32,019 bases of DNA from a virus (Duplodnaviria; Caudoviricetes). Under the pieces are notes generated by a model that saw only the letters and a list, made by a program, of their open reading frames with translations, ran no database searches and was not told where the DNA came from. This document shows positions 18,410-26,524 of this stretch, in pieces. The first letter of the stretch is position 1. Each line of letters opens with the position of its first letter. The stretch covers positions 1-32,019 of the IMG/VR virus record IMGVR_UViG_3300028025_004965. One strand, 5' to 3'. The translations under genes were made by a program, and so were the position numbers.

Positions 18410-20341
18410 TCAACTATTGATGATTGACATAAATTCTTTATTACTGTATAGTTGGTTTAGGTTCAGTTCTACGCTATCTACGAGATCAGCTACACTATCA
18501 GCTATCTCTTGATAGGTGTCGTACTCACTCGCTAGTTCGCTAGCTCTCTTATAATTAGCGCTAGAATAGCCTTCCTCTTCATAATATTTTTCTCCTATGT
18601 CGTAGAGGTCTTCATATATCTTTAAGAACCTTTTGTTCAGCTCTTTTCCGATGACCAATGCCTTCTCAACCTTGTTCCTGTTCTCTAGCATGTCATAGAA
18701 GCTGAGGCTCATTACAGTGTTGATGTAGTTCTTCAGCATCTGTTCATTCTTCTGCTTACTTTCTTCAGCCTGAGCAATCATGCTTAATGCCTTTTCTGAA
18801 GTATACTGTATGTTTGCCTCTTTCATCACTTTTGGTATTAAGATTCCTTTTTTACGAGTCGCTTTTGTCCCACCAGGGCCTGCGAAAGCATACTTAGTGG
18901 CCATCCCTTCCCCAGTTCCAGGTATAGCCGTTGCTCCGGTTCCGGGAGCTGCGCCACCGCCTGTAGCAGACATCTCTTTTAGATTGACTAGGTTTCCCAA
19001 CTGTGATAGTACCATCTTTGCCAAATCCCGCTCTTTGGAGAACTGGTTTACAATGTCTGATAGTATCTTGTTTAACACGGTCATGTCCTTTTCATCTAGA
19101 CCTTGCTCTTTCTGAACCTTTCTAGTCTCTCTCAGTATATTGTTTACTAGTAGAGATATTCTAGAGGTCAACATCTCCTGATTATCATCCTTTTCTTTAC
19201 TGCTAGAATATTTAGATACTACTAGGCTATGGTAGGTTTTTATCTTGTCTATAGTAGGCTTATTAGCCTTTATAAACTCATCAGAGTTATATTCTACGCT
19301 TTTACCTTTTGAGGCCTGTGTAGGAGCTGCTACAAACGTTTGTTTAGGCTTCTCAGACTTCTTCGCGTCTGGTTTAGCAGGCTTTTCTACGCTAGGTGCG
19401 GTCTTAGGTTTTGATGGCTTGTCTATTAGCGCTGTTCTTATTCTTTTGTAAGCATCGCTATCAGGTTTTAGTCTAGTCCTCACTATGTAATCTACTATCT
19501 GCTTTATGATTACAGGGTCTTTTGTGTAATCTTCTACAGCTTTAACGAATCCTTCTACATCTTCATTATTCAACAGTCTGTCGTGGTTACCGGTGTATAT
19601 GAAGTTTGCAGCATCCATTCTAGCCTTTTTAATGGCAGGGTCTATGTCTGGTACTGCTTTTACCTCCGGCTCTGGTTCATCGTAATCTATTTCAGGCTCT
19701 GCTTCATACTCGAAGTCTTTTTCTGTTCCAGGTTTGTCAGAAGTCCTGACTCTTCTTTTGAGCGCTGCTTCTTGGTCTTTTAAATATAGTTGCACATATT
19801 TGAAGTCTGCAAAGTCCACTCCAACGCCTTTTTCATAAATGTCTTTGGTTGGTACCAATTCTAGTTTAACACTCTTTTTATCTTCTTCGGAAAGTGCTTT
19901 AACATCAGATAGGCTTATCTTAGTAAAGTAGACTTTCATAGGAGGCTTTTCCCCGCTTTTGAATTTGATAGCAGGAATTTCAACATAATAAATGTCCTCA
20001 AAATGATCTTCCTCGTCTATGGGAAATATTTTAGCATTTATCTTACTGTTATATAGCAGGTTTTTGTACTCCTTTTCAGTAATTTTTCTGTATATATCTA
20101 CTGGCTTTCTGCCTTTTCCTCCTTCTATTATGCTTTTATAATATATAAGATGCACTGACCCATCCTCGAACTTATTTTCCTCATACTCATATTTATCATA
20201 AGCACCTTTGGACTTCTCTATGGAACGTCTCTGCGTACCAATTGTAACGGTTTTAGCACGTCCTACAGAAGGTCTGCCATAGGCATCCTTCAATACGGCC
20301 ATAGCCTTATTATATAGTTCGTTAAGATCCATTCTTTCCAA
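18410..20341 (-). CDS. Large probable internal head/prohead core protein (643 aa; start may be the second Met at 20332)
   Basis: K/E/P-rich linkers. LKE-MSATGGGAAPG...MATKYAF low-complexity segment. Located in the head operon. Confidence 0.7.
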   Translation of the reverse strand: MERMDLNELYNKAMAVLKDAYGRPSVGRAKTVTIGTQRRSIEKSKGAYDKYEYEENKFEDGSVHLIYYKSIIEGGKGRKPVDIYRKITEKEYKNLLYNSKINAKIFPIDEEDHFEDIYYVEIPAIKFKSGEKPPMKVYFTKISLSDVKALSEEDKKSVKLELVPTKDIYEKGVGVDFADFKYVQLYLKDQEAALKRRVRTSDKPGTEKDFEYEAEPEIDYDEPEPEVKAVPDIDPAIKKARMDAANFIYTGNHDRLLNNEDVEGFVKAVEDYTKDPVIIKQIVDYIVRTRLKPDSDAYKRIRTALIDKPSKPKTAPSVEKPAKPDAKKSEKPKQTFVAAPTQASKGKSVEYNSDEFIKANKPTIDKIKTYHSLVVSKYSSSKEKDDNQEMLTSRISLLVNNILRETRKVQKEQGLDEKDMTVLNKILSDIVNQFSKERDLAKMVLSQLGNLVNLKEMSATGGGAAPGTGATAIPGTGEGMATKYAFAGPGGTKATRKKGILIPKVMKEANIQYTSEKALSMIAQAEESKQKNEQMLKNYINTVMSLSFYDMLENRNKVEKALVIGKELNKRFLKIYEDLYDIGEKYYEEEGYSSANYKRASELASEYDTYQEIADSVADLVDSVELNLNQLYSNKEFMSIINS

Positions 20342-21170
20342 ACTCTTTTAATAGCTCGTAGTAGTAGAGCAGGTTATGAATGTCTTTCTCGCAAACCTGC
20401 TTATTGGATGGGATTTCCTCCATGAAGTTGAACACCTCGTTCATCTTAACTTTACGCACTTCGTCTTTAAGATTGTCTGTATGCTTCTTCAGGGCGCTTC
20501 TAACCTTCACTAACTCACTATTGATATGCTCACGCAGAGTATCTGAGGTGGATATGTTAGTGATATACTCCTTCAACAGAGTCTTCTGGTTATCATCAAA
20601 GCTTGAGTATTTATCGTTGTACTTCTGCACAAGGATTTTGTACACCATTGATTTGGTGCCTTTATCCATAGCATTGTATGTCTCAAGTACGGGGTCTAGT
20701 TTTTCTGATTTTGGAGAATCAGCAATGCTCTCCATGATTGTGAACCTGTGCTTGGCTTCCTCTTCCGGGTTTATCTCGTTAGAGCCATACATCTCAAACA
20801 ACATGTATATGGATGCCAGGGTCTTGTAGTTGTCTACCTTCGCTTTGAAGAACTCATCTATGTTATAATTCTCTTTGATGTCAGATATCAAATCATACTT
20901 CTGATTCTTCAGACTATTCTTATTTAGCTTCTTATGCGCTTCTACGGCAATGTTCAATAATACATTAGCCTTAGCCTCAGATAGGTTTCTGTGCTGAGAC
21001 AGCGTATTGTAAATCTTATACTCTTTAGATATTTGAGTGTTGTTGTAGTGCTTCTTAAGTATATCCACAGCTTTAGACTCTCGGTTGTTGAGAGTGTCTG
21101 TAGTTATTTGACGCACAAGCAGTTCAAATAATATAGAGGGGTTCCGGAGCTTATTATGTTTTAGCTTCAT
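20322..21170 (-). CDS. Helical protein downstream of portal, probable prohead core component
   Basis: 282 aa, starts MKLKHNKLRNPSILFELLVRQI, with dense L-x-E sites. Occupies the gp67/gp68 position. Confidence 0.7.
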   Translation of the reverse strand: MKLKHNKLRNPSILFELLVRQITTDTLNNRESKAVDILKKHYNNTQISKEYKIYNTLSQHRNLSEAKANVLLNIAVEAHKKLNKNSLKNQKYDLISDIKENYNIDEFFKAKVDNYKTLASIYMLFEMYGSNEINPEEEAKHRFTIMESIADSPKSEKLDPVLETYNAMDKGTKSMVYKILVQKYNDKYSSFDDNQKTLLKEYITNISTSDTLREHINSELVKVRSALKKHTDNLKDEVRKVKMNEVFNFMEEIPSNKQVCEKDIHNLLYYYELLKEFGKNGS

Positions 21171-21185
21171 ATGGTTATAGTCTTG

Positions 21186-21193
21186 TATAAATA
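21186..21193 (-). promoter_or_regulatory. TATTTATA motif upstream of the 282-aa gene
   Basis: Exact octamer 16 nt from the ATG. Confidence 0.65.
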
Positions 21194-21196
21194 TGA

Positions 21197-24100
21197 TTAA
21201 ATCTCATCATTGATGATATTTTTCTCATCTAATAGAGTTGGAGTATTGGTTTTTTCTTCATAAATCATCATTTTTTTCTTTTTCAATGATTCTAGGCCCT
21301 TCATAGACTCCAAGGCAAAGGCTCTAGCCTTATTTCCAACAGATGGTTGCTCTGGTTTTGGCTCTTTCATCCCTTTCTTTCCTAATGGATCTCTACCGAA
21401 TGCAGAGTTGTCAGTGCCATATATCGATGCTTTCTCTTTAGGACGGCCTACCGGATTCTTTTCAAACTCGTTGTAACCATCTGGAACATCTAGATCTCCT
21501 CTATTAGTCTTGTTATACACCGTAGCTAGGTCATGCGGAGTTCCGTAAGACTCTCCTGAGATTGTAGGATCGTTACCCTCATTCTCAATCTGACTGTATC
21601 TAAAGGTTCTCTTAACGTCTTCAGATATCAAATCTCTTTGTTCGTTTATCTGATCTTCGCTCATTTGGAATATCTTATCTCCTACCCAATCAGATGAGAA
21701 CAGCTTCTTATCTATGATATCTGCTGCCAGAGATACTTTCTCCTTCAACAGAGCAATCTTCTCTTGCTCATAGATGATAGATGGGTTGTTGAGGCCTAGT
21801 TTGAAGTTTACTAAGTCGGCATCTTCAAATCCTTGTACGTACAGGTGTATTAGAGCAATCTTTTCTAGCTCACTGAGCACGATTCTTTGAATCCTTTCAA
21901 TAGTACGGCTGAACCTGACGTCGAGCGCTGAAATTGTCGATTTTCCATTCAATTCATCAGAATAATTTAAGAAGGCCTTAGGAACTTTTAACGACCCTAG
22001 CATCAAATCTCTCAAGAATTCAACGTCTTCTATACCAGCATATTCTAGTCCTTTTGCTGTATCTATCTTAGTAGTGTTATCACCAGGTCTTACAGGTATG
22101 TAGAAGTCCTCCAACATGTTCTGAACGTTGAACTTCAGGTTGTAATCACCTGTAGTCTGGTCCATGAACGGAGTTTTCTTCATAGTAGTCACCGTCTTTT
22201 GGATGAATGCATCCACTTCATTGGGAGGAATGTTACCAACATTGATGTAGAATATACGCTTCTCAGGAGCCCTCATAATCCTATGCAATAGCATCGCATC
22301 TAGCATTAGAGTATACTGCTTGAAGTACTTTCTAGCCGGTTCTATGTAGCTTCTACCGTATGGCAGATAGTTAGTGTCTGTAAGGAGCCTGAAGTGGGCT
22401 ATCTCAAAGTTCTCAAAACTCTCTTTGTTCTTAGTAGCGGTTGTACCGCCAGCTACTGATACCGGGTCGTGGATGAATCTTATATAGGCTGGATTGTTAG
22501 GGTCTTGGCCCTCCTCCCTTATCATGTCATACACGGATAATGGCTTGGCAGCATAGATGCCAAACTTCTCAGCTATGTCCAGATGGAGGTAGAGATCACC
22601 ATACTTACAGTTTGATACAAAGACTCCATTTCTACTATGAGTACCGTCTACATTGTTGCTGCATACTGCGAAGTTATGCCTATCCTGCTCTCCTTTAGGC
22701 CCTTCTACCTCCATACAGTAAGTATCTGACAGCTCGTCTAGATATTTTACGCTTACTACCTTGTGGTTAGTAAGAGCCTTATCCGCATGAATGCCTTCTG
22801 ATCTCTTATAATGGTTGTCGTTTACAGCGCCTTCTATGATAGTGGCTACGTATCTGTGGTACTTCATACCAGTTGCTCTTTCTATCAAAGTACTGAAGGA
22901 GTGTGAATGTAATCCCTTTTTTAAATCTCTGGTGTATTTAGGGTTAGCTACTTCGAACAATTTTTCGAAATCAGCACTCCCTTTTAAATAAGCAAACGTT
23001 TCAGATATTGTCACATATCTTCCCTTGCCCTGTATGTACTGAGATATGTAGTTCATACAATTCTCATCGAAGCCTAGTTTATGTATTTTAATCTTTCCAG
23101 TTTTCCAGGCATCCTTCATACTCTCCCTTCTTATGGCATTGTGTTTCTTATGATCCTCGCTATTGTTGTACAGTTTGAAAGGCTCTGGATATTTACCCAT
23201 CATATTAGCACTCATGTCGGCCTTTCTTCTATCTGAGGTGAGCCACTTATGTATAGAATCTTTCCGCTTAGCGATAACTTCAGGATTGCCCCACAGAACT
23301 TCTTTGCTTATATCTGTGTGCAATTTAAGGTGATCTTCATGCTTCAGTCTTAGGAGATTGCTAGGAGTATTATTTTTTTTGTTGAAATCTACATGATGAG
23401 TATCATATCTCCCGCCCTCTTTAACCTCTTCTTTGATGTTCCGAATATGACACTCGTGCGCTACTAGCCTGTGAGTAACATTGTACTTATCAGACATAGG
23501 ATTGTAAACCTTCTCATACCCTTCCATACTATCCTTAGCTTTGGTGCTAGTTTTGGTATAGAATGGCATAAGGCTCTGACCTTCCTTAAGATCTTTTGCT
23601 TCTACCTTAGATCCATCTCTCATGATGAACTTGTGGTCTGGGGTCGTATCTAAGTACGTTCCGTCATCCAAGGTAACTCTCACTATGGCAGTGTTTTCTC
23701 TAGTCAGTCCACACCACTTTACTTTACCAGGTACAATCTGGTTGGTTCCTTCCTGTACTGAGTACACCCATATCTCCTTATCGGGGTTATTTTCGAACTC
23801 CAACGCTAAGTCTTTTATGTTCATTTCAGTTCCTGACAGCAGAGGGATTTTAGTGTCCTTATGCAGGCACATCGATCTTATCCACATGGGCAGGTTAAAT
23901 TCTATGTTGAGAACGTCGTAAAACAGGTTATAAAGGATCCTCTGTATGTTCTCATTAGAGCTTCTTATGGTAAGCACTTCTTCAATCTCACCCTTCAATG
24001 TCGACTCCTCGCATAGGATGTCTAATACTGATGAGATGATACCGTCTGTGTCCATGGCTTCGTAATCAGCATACAACTGAAGCCTTAGGGTTTGATAGTT

Positions 24101-24298
24101 TAGAGTAGGGTTGAACTGCATTCTCTGACCTGCCTTATGCAGCCTGGTGAATCTATCTACCAGTGAGTTGGTCTGAAGCATGCCGAAGCTTTGGATTCTT
24201 TCGACATCCATTACTCTCAATTGCTTACCACCTACGTTTCTAACTACGGTCTCCGTTGAAAATAATCTTTTTAGCCTGGGGAATAATGAGGTATCCAT
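21197..24298 (-). CDS. gp20: Portal protein, T4 gp20-like, intein-containing (1033-aa precursor, ~613 aa spliced)
   Basis: DAMLLHRIMRAPEKRIFYINVGN.P, NMLEDFYIP.R, IEDVEFL...L..SLKVP and VRFSRTIERIQ. Confidence 0.96.
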   Translation of the reverse strand: MDTSLFPRLKRLFSTETVVRNVGGKQLRVMDVERIQSFGMLQTNSLVDRFTRLHKAGQRMQFNPTLNYQTLRLQLYADYEAMDTDGIISSVLDILCEESTLKGEIEEVLTIRSSNENIQRILYNLFYDVLNIEFNLPMWIRSMCLHKDTKIPLLSGTEMNIKDLALEFENNPDKEIWVYSVQEGTNQIVPGKVKWCGLTRENTAIVRVTLDDGTYLDTTPDHKFIMRDGSKVEAKDLKEGQSLMPFYTKTSTKAKDSMEGYEKVYNPMSDKYNVTHRLVAHECHIRNIKEEVKEGGRYDTHHVDFNKKNNTPSNLLRLKHEDHLKLHTDISKEVLWGNPEVIAKRKDSIHKWLTSDRRKADMSANMMGKYPEPFKLYNNSEDHKKHNAIRRESMKDAWKTGKIKIHKLGFDENCMNYISQYIQGKGRYVTISETFAYLKGSADFEKLFEVANPKYTRDLKKGLHSHSFSTLIERATGMKYHRYVATIIEGAVNDNHYKRSEGIHADKALTNHKVVSVKYLDELSDTYCMEVEGPKGEQDRHNFAVCSNNVDGTHSRNGVFVSNCKYGDLYLHLDIAEKFGIYAAKPLSVYDMIREEGQDPNNPAYIRFIHDPVSVAGGTTATKNKESFENFEIAHFRLLTDTNYLPYGRSYIEPARKYFKQYTLMLDAMLLHRIMRAPEKRIFYINVGNIPPNEVDAFIQKTVTTMKKTPFMDQTTGDYNLKFNVQNMLEDFYIPVRPGDNTTKIDTAKGLEYAGIEDVEFLRDLMLGSLKVPKAFLNYSDELNGKSTISALDVRFSRTIERIQRIVLSELEKIALIHLYVQGFEDADLVNFKLGLNNPSIIYEQEKIALLKEKVSLAADIIDKKLFSSDWVGDKIFQMSEDQINEQRDLISEDVKRTFRYSQIENEGNDPTISGESYGTPHDLATVYNKTNRGDLDVPDGYNEFEKNPVGRPKEKASIYGTDNSAFGRDPLGKKGMKEPKPEQPSVGNKARAFALESMKGLESLKKKKMMIYEEKTNTPTLLDEKNIINDEI
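22610..23869 (-). mobile_element. Intein (420 aa) with HNH endonuclease inside the portal gene
   Basis: Starts CLHKDTKI. Block B TTPDHKF. HNH motif THRLVA...HHVDFNKKNN.PSNL. Block F/G DTYCMEV...HNFAV...VFVSN followed by +1 Cys. Exteins rejoin as WIRSM|CKYGD. Confidence 0.95.
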
Positions 24299-24344
24299 TA
24301 ATTGTTATTTGTTATTTTACGATTTGGCATTTGCCAATACCGTA

Positions 24345-24352
24345 TATAAATA
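24345..24352 (-). promoter_or_regulatory. TATTTATA motif upstream of portal
   Basis: Exact octamer 47 nt from the ATG, followed by the inverted repeat TTGGCA/TGCCAA (24324-24337). Confidence 0.6.
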
Positions 24353-24359
24353 TATATTT

Positions 24360-25937
24360 TTATCTCACCAACCAGCTTATATCTTCAAATTTACCGTTTA
24401 CAGACAGTTGATAAGGGTTTTGTGCAGGTGCACTATGATAGCTTTGCTGTGTGTATGAGCTTTGACGGCTTATGTTGTTTATCACAGCTCTCTGCATCTC
24501 CACTCCCTGAGATTTGTACTGTATCGCACTGTCTCTCAGGTACAATCCTATGGCGTATGGTATCACCAGGTCATCATTATAGCCCGTTTGAGCCTGCGGC
24601 TTACTGTTCTTCCATACAAACGTACCCATCTCATTAATGGTCCTTATAGAGCGTATTCTGATAGAGTGATCTCTTACATATCCTCGCATAGCGAGTAATA
24701 CCTCAGGCCTAGTCTTAGTAGACGTGGTGAATCCTGGGGTCATTCTAGAGGTGTCATACTCATAGTACTGCGTCATGTATTGCTGTACGTTCAGCGTATC
24801 TCCTTTGGGTGAGTAGTAGATGTTGTTATATCCGATATCCAACACGTCACTCATAGTAGCATGACCCAATCCAGTGTTCTCGATGATTAGCAAAGCGTTG
24901 TTGTATTCTAGGGATACTGATATGGCTAATTTAGACAGCCCTTTAGTATCGATGTTCCCTTTATATTCAGCCACCTGAGCTCCAGAGTATATGTCTAATA
25001 CCTGTATGGTGGATGAATCGGATCCATCCCCCTTAGCCGTATCGACAATGACCATGTAGGTTCTGTTATAGTCAGGGTACTCCCATACCCAATAGTCTCT
25101 CTGCAGCCCTCTAGTCTCAATAGGCTGCTCTTGGTTAGTAGTATAATACTCCAAGTCCTCCGCCTCAAAATAAGTGTCTCCTGAGGTCAGGAATGACGTA
25201 TCGCACTCCTGTGCTGCCATTCTCTTTCCCAGCTCCTTGTCCTGATTATCTCTCCATACCTGATCACGGTTAGGGTGCACATCCCACTTCAGTTTTATAG
25301 GGACGAAATTGTTGTCTCCCACCTCAGCCTCGGACCACATGCCATGGAAGAATCCGTCTCTGCCGTTTGGAGTGGATAGCACTATTGCCTTACCACCGCT
25401 TGCCAATGTCTGCTGTGCTGATCCCCATAATTCCTCCGCTCCGTCTATGAAAGCGGCCTCGTCTAGTATGAGTACGTTAGCAGTGTATCCCCTTGCGCTG
25501 TCAGAGGCTCCAGAAGCCGCTTTAACCTTCGAACCGTTAGTTAGTATCAGACTCAGCTTATTGTCCTCTAATGAGGCTACTTTTAGCCAAGACGGTAATT
25601 CTGAGTATGCGAACCTGACTTTGTCTACTATATTACGAGCTTTCTCCTGGGTGGGTGCTAATGCTAATATGGATTGGTCTTTTTTGAATATCATTAACCA
25701 CAGCGCATAGGCTGCGGATAGTGTGGTGATGCCTAGCTGCCTAGACTTCAGTATGATGGTTCTATCGTGCTTTGTTATGAGGAACAGTAGCTTTTCCTGG
25801 AATGGGAATGGTACGAATAGCATCCTGCCTTCGCTAGTCTGAATGTAGACGTACTTTTTGAGAAAGTATATTGGGTCTTTTGCGCACTTCAAATACTCCT
25901 CCGCTATTATCTCTTTTATCGTAGGTTGTTCCGACAT
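24360..25937 (-). CDS. gp17: Terminase large subunit, T4 gp17-like
   Basis: KCAKDPIYF, KSRQLGITT (Walker A), LILDEAAF (Walker B), STPNG, VDTAKG.G.DSS, IENTG.G and NDDLV nuclease acidic residues. Confidence 0.97.
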   Translation of the reverse strand: MSEQPTIKEIIAEEYLKCAKDPIYFLKKYVYIQTSEGRMLFVPFPFQEKLLFLITKHDRTIILKSRQLGITTLSAAYALWLMIFKKDQSILALAPTQEKARNIVDKVRFAYSELPSWLKVASLEDNKLSLILTNGSKVKAASGASDSARGYTANVLILDEAAFIDGAEELWGSAQQTLASGGKAIVLSTPNGRDGFFHGMWSEAEVGDNNFVPIKLKWDVHPNRDQVWRDNQDKELGKRMAAQECDTSFLTSGDTYFEAEDLEYYTTNQEQPIETRGLQRDYWVWEYPDYNRTYMVIVDTAKGDGSDSSTIQVLDIYSGAQVAEYKGNIDTKGLSKLAISVSLEYNNALLIIENTGLGHATMSDVLDIGYNNIYYSPKGDTLNVQQYMTQYYEYDTSRMTPGFTTSTKTRPEVLLAMRGYVRDHSIRIRSIRTINEMGTFVWKNSKPQAQTGYNDDLVIPYAIGLYLRDSAIQYKSQGVEMQRAVINNISRQSSYTQQSYHSAPAQNPYQLSVNGKFEDISWLVR

Positions 25938-25965
25938 TTTTAATGTTTCATGTGAGTTTGGATTT

Positions 25966-26517
25966 CTATTTCTCAGCCTCAGGTTCTTCCTCTTTCGGTA
26001 ACTCTTCTTCAGGCGTCTCAGTCGCTTCAGGTGTTTCAGGAGCTCCCGGTGCCTCCTCTGGCTCAGGTTCTTTAGTTACGGGTTTGGTTTTTAATAGTAT
26101 TCCGATATAATCCAGGCATTGCTCTAGCTCTGACTTGTTCACTATATTGTACTTCTTACCGCTAACTAGCACCGTAAATGAATCGCTGACATTATAGTCC
26201 TCTGGATACTCTACTTCTAACGGTGTTGGATCGTACTTCAGGTCGAAGTAGTTTCCGTTTGGTATTACGACTCTGAATGTGGTGGGTTTATAGGCTATGC
26301 AGCGTAGGTCTGATACTACTTCACGTATCTGATTCTTGGCCTCTTCGTTGTATGATTGTTCTGTTGTGAGGAGTTTGGTGAGGACTTCAGGGATCTTTTT
26401 GGATTTCCTTAGTACCTTTTCTATGGTAGATTCGTTTTCTACCTTCGTAGAAATCTCCTCGTCTCCTTCCTGCTCTATTAGCTTTTTTCTGAATATCTCG
26501 TAGAAGTTCGTTTTCAT
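25966..26517 (-). CDS. Hypothetical protein with acidic P/E tail
   Basis: 183-aa ORF in the operon, with an LIE site near the N-terminus. Confidence 0.75.
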   Translation of the reverse strand: MKTNFYEIFRKKLIEQEGDEEISTKVENESTIEKVLRKSKKIPEVLTKLLTTEQSYNEEAKNQIREVVSDLRCIAYKPTTFRVVIPNGNYFDLKYDPTPLEVEYPEDYNVSDSFTVLVSGKKYNIVNKSELEQCLDYIGILLKTKPVTKEPEPEEAPGAPETPEATETPEEELPKEEEPEAEK

Positions 26518-26524
26518 ACTTATT

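Noticed and set aside
22269-22278. GCCCTCATAA in the portal gene matches positions 2-11 of the putative omega-RNA guide
   Set aside because: Only 10 nt, the first guide base is mismatched and there is no extension. Compatible with chance in a window this size.
25966-26517. Terminase small subunit by position
   Set aside because: No recognisable gp16/TerS motif; position alone is insufficient.
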